From Blasia pusilla (lineage: Eukaryota), in NCBI GenBank assembly GCA_050084515.1, contig CM114271.1, positions 16,740,001 through 16,804,000 of the forward strand: 64,000 nucleotides of DNA, written 5' to 3'. Within the stretch, counting starts at the first letter, position 1; every line of letters starts with the position of its first letter. The notes under the pieces are model-generated. The model ran no database searches. It saw only the letters and a program-made list of their open reading frames with translations, and was not told the origin of the DNA. Made by a program: the position numbers and the translations under genes. This document shows positions 24,751 through 38,000 of the stretch, in pieces.

Positions 24751-25222
24751 AAAAATAAAGAGTAGTAAAAACGGCACACCCGGTCTAAAACTCCACTCCT
24801 CAATCTACATCGGCATATCGAGCCTCGTCCACCCTGTGCTATCAAGGAATCCGGACGCTAGCACCCTAGTCCTAGCTCACACACATACAAGGGAGGTGCT
24901 CCAACAGCCCAACATGAGAAAGATGGCTTAGGAAAGCCATCTTCCTCTCTTATATAGGTTGGGAAGAGCCAAAAGGCTCTTCCCCTAAAAATAGCCCTTT
25001 CCTTGGTAACTGGCAAGACAGTTACAGGGGGTGACTGGTCAACAAGTCACTCGGCTGTAAAAGACCTCAACATGAAAGTCGTCAGAAACGACATTCCTGA
25101 CACAATGGACCTATCCTCAACCTCATCCGACACTCTGGGACAAAGTTACACTCAAGATAGTCCGCTGGCTCCTACGCCCTATCCACGATAGATCTCGGCC
25201 TATCGGCTACCCAGATGTGACA
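24751..25222 (-). repeat. Terminal repeat B' (472 bp), 5' copy, with TATA box (tatataa, 24956-24950)
   Basis: Direct repeat of 16092-16565; the element starts tgtcacatctgg at 25222. Confidence 0.95.
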
Positions 25223-27619
25223 ACCAACCTAACCCCTCATGCACAACATAGGAAAGTTATTCAAAACTTGGGACATAATTCTTTGATAGTCTAGGGCTAT
25301 AAAACATCACTCGTACAACTTGTAGTCCCAATTGCCCAATGGATCTCAAATGAGTCTCTAAGAGAAACTCCATATATGAGTAACAGATCAAGGTCCATGT
25401 TAAGGTCCAAAACTATACTACCCAGACTTTGCTTGATATCAAACCCCTAATGCCAACCTCTCAATTCATCCCATACCCTTAGTTCAACCCCCATGCAAAC
25501 CCTACAATATAGTTCCGGAGGAATTTAGCCCCTCCTTCATCCAAAGAAATTGTGTAAGGGCTTCTTATGGCCTTTAACCCAAACTATCATTCCAAAAATT
25601 TTGGGACTTTTTCTAGTGAATTTTTCTAAATCTTTAGTGCCTTGGAATTGACTCCTTACAAGATTTCTAACACCATCTTATCTATGAACAAAAATATATT
25701 GGATGTAATTGTTATCATCTCAAACGTGATGAACCAAAAACTTTCAATTCGGTTCCAAGCTAGGTTGGAGTCTTCTTAGAGTCCAACTCTTGTGGGATGT
25801 GAGATCTTCTCAAGTTTCACCATGTCTTTGGTTATGCTCTTCTTGTTCACAACATCTATCATCATTTGAGATGCTCATTAAGGCTTAGGTCTTGCTTATG
25901 CCAATCATGTCTTGTTGGTGAAACTTTGATGTGTTACCATCATAGTGTTAGCCCACAAGATTTTTATGTTTTGCATTGGCGCATTGGTTGTGAGCGCCAT
26001 GATACTTCCTCCTCCTCCCTCCCCCCCAAGAGGATTAATTAATCCTTTATGACATTTAAGATGAATCAATATATATATATCTTCAACTTCATGTTCCTTG
26101 GAGCTTGGATTGTTATGCTCTCATTCCTTCAATACTTGAGGCACAACAAAACTTGCCCCCTCTCCCTCCCTTCCCCTTCCCCCAAATAATAATGATTCTT
26201 TCTTTCTAGTTGCAAAAATGAAAATTTAGAAACAATTTTAAAGAATTCTTCATTTTCCCATTCACCATTGATACTTTTAAGGGAGGATAGCTTCTTGATT
26301 TCCAAACACCTCTTTGACTAGTGCACGACAATGGATAGCAAGAAATTATTTGGTAGCACGAGCGACAAGAATAAATTTTTTGGAATATTTGGAAACCAAA
26401 ATAATTTCTCTCGCGCATGAAATATGTTGTACATTGGTTTATGGTAATTAACACATTCCTCCCAAATGAGTTCTTCACTTTCCTCATTCCTACTATTTAG
26501 AATGCTAGTTAAATAGCATATGAAAATCACATAAATTTAATTCCCTCTAAAATTTTGTAATTTAATGAAAACAAATATTTGATATAATTTTAAGAAAAGT
26601 ATAACTTGAATAATTTTGACGCTTGGAAAAAAGGACATATGATGTTCATTGAGCTTTCACATTCCTTTCTACTAATAATAGTTCAATTTTTTCACTCATT
26701 ATACATACTTCCACTTGATATTAGCTAATAAAGAATGTACACGGTTGTACAGATTCCATAAGTCCATTATTTCAAATAAAATAAGAATAATCCCTATCAT
26801 TTTCTCATAAATATTTTTTCTAATGTAAGATTTTCCTCCTAAAATTTTTTTCTTCCTATGATCCCTTCATTTTTTTTACTATGTGTTTTATGCATATAAA
26901 GAACCATTAAACTAATAATTATGCAAGAGGATTATGGAAAATATTGTAGGTAATCACTTTCCAAAATTTAAGAGATGCCATAAAGTTTGGCTGTGGTTAA
27001 AGATATTCACCTAAAAATTAATAAAACTATACGATGAATAAATAAAGTGCTAAGAAGTTATCTTTTAAGAATAGGAGGTATCTCTAAGAATAATCATCAA
27101 TTAGGTGATATTTTTAACTTGAGATATGATATCAATTTAAGTAAATAAATTTAAATTTTAAAATTACCTCCAACCATAATATCTTTCATAATTTGAGGAT
27201 GCTTGTAATCCTCATTTATTAGGCAAGAGAATCTATCATTTGAAATCATCTAAATTATTTGGAGAATGATTCCTCCATAAGTTCATTTAGTATAAATACT
27301 TAAGTTATATAGATCCTTCATACCATTTCTTAAGAGTTGTATTAGAATTTCCACCTTTGGATTACGATGAAGTGTACAATGATTCTAATTTTGGGATAAT
27401 AATTTTAGTGTCTTGTTTCAACATTAACTTCCACTATGTTTACAAGTTTCTTTTTAACGAATTATCTTATTTCCACCATTCTCATCATTAGAAGAAAAGT
27501 ATGGGTTTTTTGTGATTTACCAATGAAATACTTTTGAACATAATAAATCAAATTATGACTCTATTATTTTCTTTTCTTTTCTGATAGCTCATTCAAATGA
27601 GATATAAAAAAATTGACTA

Positions 27620-28660
27620 TACCCTCAAGGGCATTCCATCTTTCCTCTTTGGCCTTTTCCAAAGATATCCATCTTGTAGTAGATAGCCATACGCCTTGTG
27701 CCGAATCTCCTTGAAGAACTTTTCTGTCCACCCTCCATCTCTTTGCAGAGTGCTTAAATAGCGCCCAATTTCTTTTAACCTGCCCTCATACAAATCCTCT
27801 TTGAAGGCTAGAACATCCTCTATGCCATCTCGTTCTTGAGATTACACTTGCCACACATGTGCATCATCCTCATCTATCTCAGTTGCCTCCATATCTTCTT
27901 CTTGACTAAATCTAGCTCTAGACAACATGTCAGCTACTGAGTTCTCTTTTCCAGCTATATGCTTCAATTGTGGATTCAAGGATCTAATGTAGGCTATCCA
28001 ACGTAGCATGGCTATATCTGGAGTCGTACAATTCGCAATCATACCTAACAAAGGTAGACAATCAACCTCAAGCAATACATAGGCTCCCATAAGATACTCC
28101 TTCTCAGCTTTCATTGCAGTTACAACTCCCCAAAGCTCCCTCTTTACCTGAGGGTACCTCCTCTCTCGTTCCGTAAGTGTACGAGCTCCAAACCTTGTCG
28201 CAAATCTTCGTCCTTCCGCGTCATCTTGCCCAACTGCCCATCCGATAGCAATAGGGCTAGTGTCCACTGTGATGATAATAGGTCGTCCGCATTCGTAGCT
28301 CATTTGTCGAAGGATCAGATATGTGGCCAAAATGAGGAATCCACACCTGATAGAACACACAAGCTCCTAAAAACCTTTTCACTTCGGTGACGTTTTCGCA
28401 TTCTCGTATCCTCCCAATGACATCAACTTTTTTTTGATTTGGTTTTCGGCCAAACTCTCCACAAAGATGACCTACTACCACGATCTGAGGAACCCCAAAA
28501 CTACACTTTTCTCCAGAAAGAGTAAGACTGACCTCTTCTAGTCTTGTTAGGATCATATCCACATCTCGAATATGATCAGACACAAACTTTCTATACCCAT
28601 CTTTCACAACCCTCTCAATCCTATCTTCTATTGCACACCTCTTTATAGGGATATCATCTA
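27620..28660 (-). mobile_element. Truncated Gypsy RT/RNase H fragment from an unrelated family
   Basis: LSGEKCSFG...VKRFLGAC, TVDTSPIAIGWAVGQ, YPQVKRELWG, EVDCLPL, HIAGKENSVADMLSR; no LTRs seen. Confidence 0.85.
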
Positions 28661-31600
28661 CAAAAGGATACGAAATTTATATCTTTTTGATTTTTTTATG
28701 TTAATAAAAATGAATGGTTCTTTGTCTATTCTAAATGTGAAACCCTATTTCACTAAATAGAGACTCCTAATATATTCTTATAATCCCATATTCCTAAATA
28801 TAAATTCCATTCATTCAGGAGTAAACTCCATACTCTAATCCATTTATGCAAGTCTTTTTAAAAAAAAAATGAAGACGAAAGTAGGTTCTAGAAAGGAGAG
28901 GAACATGTAACTATTTAATAACTTTGGGGCTAGTGATGCAAGTTTGAATCCTACCTTGACAAGTTTTAGAGGATGGGTGGTAAATGGAGGGAAGGTCAAA
29001 CGTGAGCACATAGATGAAGGGAGGATGGATAAAAGGGAAATTTAGTGGTGGATAGATGGAGGATGGATTGCATGACGTTCAAGGGACATATGAAGCGTGG
29101 GTAAAAGGTTGGAGGATGGACGGAAGGAAGGAAGGAAGGAATGAACACAACCGTTAAATGCATATAGTGACGAAAGAAGAGTTTAATGATGGATGGACAA
29201 TGGATGGAGGATGGAAAAAAGGATATTCGAGGGATATATGGAAAAATGAGTAGAGTATTGAAGGAGGAAGGAAGGATTTTTTCATTTAAGGCAAATTATC
29301 TGATGAGGTGGCATGATTCCCATGTCATATATCTAATTGTGAAGTAGTAGTCATGGTAATAATTCTTCTTTTACCTTCCATGCCATCAAACCATTATAGT
29401 TATTTTAGTTATTTACAACATACGACTTGGATTTTGTGTCTATGAGTAACTCTTCATTTTTAATCATGGAATGTGATATATCACTCGTATGAGTCATAAA
29501 ACCAATGATTGTTTTTAGTTAAGTCATTAAATAAGTATTTTTGATCCTACCTCCACACACTACCATATTTTCATAAGATCTTGTGGGTGCTTTTTCGGTA
29601 TTTTTATGTTTGCTACTACTTGAGTGTACTTCTTAAGTGTTCTTTATATGAGTATTTTTCAAGTGCTTTCTAAGATCAACATCAATTAATAACGAGTGAA
29701 GAAAATTTGTGAGTTCTCTGCAAGTATGGGAATGGAGGCTCGCTAACACCAATAAAATACTCGCAAAATGGGCTTACAAAATATCCAATAGTTTACATGT
29801 CATGTATAACTCTCTTGTAAGAAAAGATTGTAACTTCTTACACTCACAAACAACTCGCACAACTAGGATAATAACTTGTAAAAAGGAATCACAAAGATGA
29901 AAACTTGGATAACTTCCCTTTCCCTTGCCACAATCCTTCATTTTTCATTTTCTATCTTAACTTCCAAACTCTACTTGAAGCTCTCCTATTTTAAAGTTAT
30001 TTTTCTCTTAAGCTAGTGGGATTAAGATTTTTTTTTTCTTACCAAATTTTTTTGGGTCATAGGAGAGAATCCATTTGGGAGAGTGCACTCTCCCAAGGAT
30101 TCTCTTCTAACCCTAACCTCACATGAGGTTGGGTTTACTATTCAATTTTATGGTTGTAATGGAAGGAGCATATGCAATGGTATGTCTATCGACTAGAAAC
30201 TAGATAGAAGTGATATAAATCCTATGCCATATGCGTGCACATTTTTGCACAATTTATCAAGATGGAAACCATGCTTAAACACATAAAGATTATACATCTG
30301 ATCATGATTACACACTTGATCATGTATCAAACGATATCCATTAAAAATAGAAAATCAGATCACAAATATACCCCATAGCTTCTCTCTCATCAGCTTATGT
30401 CAAACCCAAACCCAATTTCATAATTAGAGGCATGGGTTACTCACAAAGTAAGAAGCATGATAGCTCAAACATCTAATGGGAGGAGGTTACACAAAGAATG
30501 AATGAGTTCTCCAACATCTCTTTCTTTGGGATATATCCTCTTCCTTTCCTAGGTAATATTTGCGTATACGTTACCTCTCAAAACCTAACCCTCAATACTA
30601 GGTTAAGGAGCCCAATTTGGCCACTAATAAAAAAAACTTACATGATATGATAAATTCCCGTACATAGTCCCAAATAGGCCATAGATTGGGGTGGGACACC
30701 TATATATTCAAGAACCTGTACACATGGGTTGAATTTGGTTCCCCACATCCCCAAACAGTCACCCTCAACCAATTACATATCGACGTCAACCCTCTTTGAG
30801 TATGCCATATAGATATCCTCTAATCTAGTAAACTAACATAACACCTAATTCCATTTTGCTTTAAGATTTAATTGTACTTAATTTCTAACGTGTATTTTTT
30901 GTGTTATACAAAACTTGATGCATCATTCAAGTTAGTAGGGCTACGAGTAGATGCCGCTAGCTTGTGTGCATAAAGTTTCTTCCAATAAAGAGATTGTTTC
31001 TACTAAGGAGACATGTATAGAACATGAAGTCATTATCAATCTCATACATAAGATCATTAAGATATATCTTATTTTGTTTATATTCGAGCATCAATATTGT
31101 ACAAACAAGTTTATGCTTTGCATGAAGTCATTGTATGATGTAGAGTTCCATGAATATATAACAGTTTTTGAAAAAAATTATAGTCCAAGAAATAAATGAA
31201 GATGTAAGGGAATACAAACCCCCCTAACAAGAATAGTATTTTTTGCACTCACAAAGTATTCAAAAATTTGCTATGTGAGTGTAAAACGTTGTTAAGACTC
31301 ATTACTAACTCATAATGGAACCGCATGGTGACCTTTTTTCACAAGTATTTTTTGAGCTAATTACAAGTGTTTGCGTGTGTCAAAAAATGAACCTCTTGAC
31401 TCGTAAAGTACCACCAATTTATGAGTATAAAATCACTAGTTTGAAGTGCTTTGAGAGTATAATACTAAAATATTTATGAGTAGTTTGTGGCTCTTAGGAC
31501 ACATAAGAATTTCGTTAACCTAATAGTAATGCCTATGTTATTTATTCACCTCCAATTGAAATCCTATTTTAGCTGTAGCCGTATGAGTTTATCAGGAAAA

Positions 31601-32027
31601 TTCCCAACTTTTGTTCTGGTCTTACTAGTTTAATGGATTGTGAGATGCACACAAAAAAATTCATAAAATTAGAACTAAAATTATCTTTTAAAGAACTCAA
31701 AAAAAAAGAAAAAAAAAGAAAAATTATAAAACAAGTTTTGAAATTGAAAAGAGACATATAGCATCCAAACAACATATTGTATTGTAAGATACACAAACAT
31801 ATTTAAATCCATCATTGACCAAAATTTGTTTGATAAGTGAGTATAACAACATAAAGACACTGGACTAAAATATCATAATATTCTTAGAGTCATCAAAGAC
31901 TTTTAGTCCATTACCTTTATATCACTACTTCCTACTAGTATTTTGATGCTCATGTGATGCACTAGGCTAGAGAGATGGAGGTGAAAAGCAACGATGAAAA
32001 TTCCCCTTTAAGTATGAAATAAAAATC

Positions 32028-35000
32028 ATCGCTACACAACATACATCGCTGACACCGAACACACACACACAAACACGCACGATCCCAAGCTAACTCATGA
32101 CACCCAAACACAGTGACGAGAAGTACCAAAATATTTCCAATAAAATAAGGTTAAATCTCTCTCACAACACCATAGCTCTCACATATATGCACTCTCACAT
32201 ATCTCTCTCAATGTCAAACCAAACCCACTCTCCTAATGAGAGGCTCGAGTTACACTCACAAGGCAAGGTACCATAGCTCCGCTGCCTCATGCGAAGAGAT
32301 TCAACATAGAGAGAATGAGCTCTCAAACTCTCTCTCCTTGAGGTATACCCCTCCCTTCTCCCAAGCTCTCTCCATGGTAACCTAGGCTCCCAAGTCATCT
32401 CCTTGGCTCTCGACCTGATGTAGGAGGTCAAGGGTCACTTCCCAAAATAGAAATCGACCACAGAGTCAAAATGGCAATTACCCAAAATAGTAAGTTCTTC
32501 AATATGGCTCCAAATGGGCCGAAACGAAGGGGAAACCTGTTATCTCACATTTCTCAGGGCCTCAGTAGGTCATCCTCGACCTCTTGAGTGTGTCCTCCAC
32601 TACTCGCAAAGGCGCTCTACTAGATCTTACCGATCTATCCTAAAAGATGTGACAATTATCGTGTGCATACATATTGCTATACAGCATACTTCGCTCTCAT
32701 CAAACACGCACACAAACACGCACGATCCCATGCTAAATCATGGCATCAAAACATAGAGGTGAGAAGTACCAAAATGTCTCCAATCGCCCCCCTATCTAGT
32801 GGTTAGGTCCCTCTAACTCCATATAATTATCTATCCTTACCTACTATGACATACATCTCTAGGACGCTAAGAGCAAAAAGTTTGGGTGCTTATGTGGCCC
32901 CATCGTTAGTCGTCTTCTTGTCATCCATATTATAGACATAAGTCAAAATCTAGAACTACCTACTCTATGTACATCTGGGATTCATCCATCGTCCATGAGG
33001 AACCCTAGTGAGAGGTGGCGTCAAACATGCCATATGCCATCCTCTCAAACACCCATCATAGACTAGCATAGTGGTTGCACCACGGGCGGAACAACACAAT
33101 AGACATCATAAGCCTATAAGAACTACTGCTAAACTTGGATCAACTTTACCATCAATGTTCGGAAGGTGACATGGCATATATTTATGCACATGTCCTTCCA
33201 AACCATACCATCGCGTTCCTCCAATAAGAAAATACCATATGGTAAAATCTCACACACTCTTAAGATAGTGCGCCCTGCAGTCACATCCAACGTCGTGGGT
33301 GCCGTTTGCTGTAAGTAGACATAGTCTCCCTGATGAAACCTCTGGATAGTAGGTCGATAACCATCTCCCCAAATAGTTGCATACCTCAACGTATCTCGAT
33401 GCTGCGCAATCGCCAAGTTCTCAAACGCCATGGAGATCAATCTCTGAAGCAACTGAGCCCTCTAAGAACATACTTGCAACCATACATCAGGGTCATCAAG
33501 GTTCAACATCTCACCAACGTCTCGACAAATGGCCACAGGTAAATCTGGCTCTTGGCCAAAAAGTAGCAAGTACGGTGAGAAAGACGCTAAGGATGCCTTC
33601 CTGCTGAATCTTAATCCCATGGCCAACCACGGGAACAGGAGGTCCCAATCTCCTATGTGACCTCTCTGCAAGCCATACTTTCCAAATCCTCTCTTCATCG
33701 TCTGAATAACCTTCACCGCTAGTCCATCCCTCTCAGGATGATCTCGCGAAGTGGTGCGATGGTCGATCAGCGCCTCATCACACAAGGCCTGAAACTCCGC
33801 AAGGCTCTGTACCTTGGCCTATCAACACCTCAACTGGTACCCCATAATGACTTGACACTCAATCTAGGAAGGAATACGATACTCCCTCACGCTTTGTCAA
33901 GCAATGCAACCAACTCTATCCATTTTGAGAAGTGCTCAACCATCACCAACACATAACGACTATGGCGCTCTATCAAAGATAACGGTCCGGAAAAATCCAA
34001 ACTCCATCTATAACCTAAACTCATGATCGGAAGTGGATGCAATTGTAGATTTAGAGCATTGAATGATGCCCGGACCTGATCACAAACCATGCACACTCAC
34101 AACAAACTGTTGAATGTCAGTTTGCATCTTTTGCCCCCAATACTATATCTGGAACAAACTATATGTTTGCTTCACTCCAAAATGACCCAACTCCTCGTGG
34201 GCGTGACGCACCAAACGCGCTCTCTGTGAAGGATGAGGCACTACACGCACTCTACCATCCTCCCAAACTCGCAACACATATGTCCCCTCCCACCGGAACC
34301 GTCTGGCTCATTGTAGGATCTGATCCCGCTCTCTAGCACCCATTGTGCTCGCGATGCTGCCAGTACACAGATACTCCAAGACAACTTTATTGTCAAGAAT
34401 GTCTCAGCCACCTGTCGTCTCCTCATCGGCCTTTGGATCCAAGGACTCTCCATTTGACTTCGCCATCGAAGTCTTAGCAATCTAGCTGTCCATAGCCAAC
34501 CAACCTAAATAGGCTAACACGTGCCATCCTGGCACCAACTCCTCATCACTCTCACCATGCCAACAAGCTCTAGTCACATCTCGTTGACTCGAGCATGGAT
34601 TACGACTCAAACCATCTGCATCCTGGTTGAGCGTCCCAGGTCTATCCACCACTTGGAAGTCATACTCTTGCAACAAAAGAGCCCATCTCGCAAGCTTCCC
34701 TATAAGCTTGTCGGACTCCATCAACCACTTAAGTGGCTGATGATCAATAATGATGGTAAAGGGGTTGCCAAATAGATAAAACCTGAAATGTGCCAGCCCA
34801 CACTGTAGCCAAGCACTCACCCTCATATGAGCTATACTTTGCCTCTACAGCATTGTTTGAGCGACTAGTGTAAGCCACCACAAACTCTCTACCATCATCG
34901 TCATGTTGGGTGAGCACAACTCCAAGCCCCAACATGCTCTAATCAATATGCAACTGGAAAGGCCGCCCCGTGATCGGTCTCCTCAATATGGGCGCGGACG

Positions 35001-38000
35001 TCAATCTATCCTTGAGTAGCTGAAATACTCTCTCTTGCTCATCCCCCCAGTACCACTCCTGATCCACCTTGGTCAACAAGGTCAACAACTTCACAATCAA
35101 ACTGAAATCCTTGATGTATCGTCGATAGAAGTTTGCCAATCCCATGAATGCACGAACTCGACTCATATCTGTAGGATGTGGAATGCATGAAATAGCATAT
35201 ACTTTCATCAACTGCACACCAAGGCCCCATGGGTAAATTGTATGACCCGAGTACTCAATCTGGTCGTAGAAGAAGTTGCACTTGCCTAGATGTAGCTTCA
35301 GCCCATGTTACTGCAAGCATCCAAACACCTCCTCTAGTTGTCGCTCATGCTCCTCAACCGTGGCGCTAAAGACTACGATGTCATCAATGTAATACCTAGC
35401 AAAATCCAAACGTGCCAAGATCCTATCCATGACCCTATGAAACTCAATCGGGGCATTCTTTAACCCAAATGGTAAGAACCGCCACTGGTACAAGAAATCC
35501 TTCTTGTGAGGATCGATGCCCCAAAATTCCGTCTTGTGTCTGTCCTCCAATCTGATAGGCAATTGATGGTATCAAGCTCGAAGATCTAACAAATTGAAGA
35601 CCTTCGCATGCCCAATAGCATCAAAGATCTCCTCAGGGGTGGGCATGGTATACCTATCGGACTTTGTCTGCCGATTGATAGGTCGATAATCTCCACACAT
35701 CCGCCTATCCGTCCATGCACATCTTTCTTGGCGGGCATGATAGTGGCAAATGCATACTCTCCATGCGACATCTCTGCTAGTCTTGCTCCAACCAAGTCCT
35801 GGCTTCTACTCTGAATCAAAGCCCTCTCCGTGTCACTGTATCTGTAGGGTCGTCAGAAGATCGGCGTATCACTCAACAACTCAATGCGGATCCTTAGACT
35901 CAACATACCCAAATCATGCATGGTACATGCAAAACAACTCCTATAATTCCTAAGGAACTGGTGTATTGGATGCTACTCTCCTCCTGCCAACTTAGGGCAC
36001 ATATCTAGCTCCCAAGTCTCCATCGTGACTACGGTAGGACTCTTCGGCGCAGTTTTTGGTGGTTGCTATGGTGCAACCCCATCTCGGTCAACAAAACTCG
36101 ACTGCTCCCTTGCAGCCAACTGCAAACTCTGATCTCCATGTGCAGAACCCGGAATCACGCTCGATGATGTGGCTATCATCTCTTGGCAAACTAGCAAAAT
36201 ATCCCAAGAAGTCCAAGGGTGTCTCTCTCGACCACCCTCGGTGTGTTGATCTCCTCGGATCTCGCCCCCAACCACTGCCTCAACCATCGCGATAGGCATG
36301 GGGCTCACCAATGCAATAGTTGTGATCTATCGCATCCTCAAACGACGCTGCTCAGCTACTCCTAAGTTGAAAATCCATGTCAAGCAATTCAGGTCCATCG
36401 CATGAACCAAGATATGACGTCGTGATGCCTTTGATAGTGACGGGACTGTCGTCACTGCTGTGGGCAATCCCATCACTCGCTCTCGCTCATCGGTGTTAGG
36501 CTCCACCAACCGTTGTACTTGGTCATCCTACCCCAAGCAAGGTCCGGCCTCCTTGAATGCATAGGAAGTGAGAAAACTCACGAATGTGGGAAAGACTACT
36601 CGTGGCATGCCAATCTTGTTGACCACAGTCAACAACGGTCGATCATCGTGCCTCATTGCCTATGATCGACAATTAGGATCCACAATAGAATCCACCAAAA
36701 AATTGGAGGGGCGCTCCACTCTCGCATATGCCATTTGCCAAACCTCATGTGGGACCAAGTTGGTCCACCAAAGAGGCGGGCGACATGCACGTGAACCTAT
36801 ACTCGCCGCATCCAACAACACTGCTGAGTCAATCGATGCACGTACCTGATGTGCACTCATCACCACCTGTGACCTCGAATCTCCCAAGATCGACACATTC
36901 TCCAAAATGTATGTTGGAGAACGAGACTAATGCTCCTCCAAGTGCCGCAAAATCCGCATCATCTCCCAAAACAACCTGGACTGAGAGTCAGCTAACCCGC
37001 TACCTCGTCTAGCACTCGATTGGCCCTAACACGGCCAACCAGCAAAGACCAAATCTATGGTCCCTACCCGCTCCAAGTCTTGCGCCCCCAACAATGAAAT
37101 ATCCCTCGGTAGGGAACTCTCGTATTCCTCGACGGAGGATACCAGAGTCTCCTACCGAGGGAACTCTGGTAATTATACCATATGGTGAAGTGAAGCATGC
37201 CTCGCAACATCATCCACCTCAACGTATAGGTAGTGTTGCACGTGCACTCATGGCTGCTAAACAACAACTAAGCTAGTGCTAATTCCTCCAAAGAGATTCA
37301 GCACGTGAATAACCTCCTCTGGGATGCACCACACAATCAGAGTGGTATCCAGAGGGATCATAGTAGCACTCCTTGCTACCTCAGGTTCCTCTGACCGGTC
37401 ACGCTCTAGTGCAAATGTCTCGCTCCAGGTGTGCACATGCTTAGCGGCTAAGCGTCGGAGCTCCTCAGTCGAGCCCCAAAGTGGCACCTCTCCTCCACGA
37501 AATGATGCCGCTACCATGACACTCCTCTCCATAGAAATGTTTGGAACGGGAGTGTCCTCTACATGGATATGTCCCTCAATCAAATCACTAGGCCAAGTGA
37601 TGGGGCTGCTAAATGCTGCTAAGGTCGCCATCTCTCCTCGCCGTTGCTCGATCACTGCACCTATGAATCAAACTGGTAATGAGCTAAGGTGCCTATCACC
37701 TGACTGCCATCTTGGTCTGTAGGATGCTAACTCCTCCCAATAATCTAGGAAAACCCCACCGGATATAATACTGCTCCACCAACCAAGACATCTTAGGACT
37801 CTGCATCGGTCATTATCGCCTTGGCTCGCACCACAGACTCATCTATAGGATGTCTCAGGAGAATCCTCACCACAACCTCATGTCGGGTGATATACTGTGT
37901 GGTACTCGCTCCACCCAAGGATGTTTGTATTCGGAATGGACAACGCTCCACATTGGCTCTCGTTAAGCCCAATCCTCTGAATGTCGCTTTCCCCAACATC

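Larger units (their letters stand above)
15954..25222 (-). mobile_element. Full-length Ty3/Gypsy-type retrotransposon carrying a C5 DNA methyltransferase and a PHD finger (copy 1)
   Basis: Ends TG...CA in element orientation; 4-bp TSD ACCA (15950-15953 / 25223-25226); domain order gag-PR-MTase-RT-RH-IN-PHD on the minus strand; terminal repeats A/A' and B/B'. Confidence 0.95.

Noticed and set aside
15954-25222. Classification as a DIRS/Ngaro tyrosine-recombinase element because of the split repeats and an MTase
   Set aside because: It has an aspartic protease, a DDE integrase and a TSD; no YR motifs were seen; the MTase is C5-type, not the adenine-type MT of DIRS.
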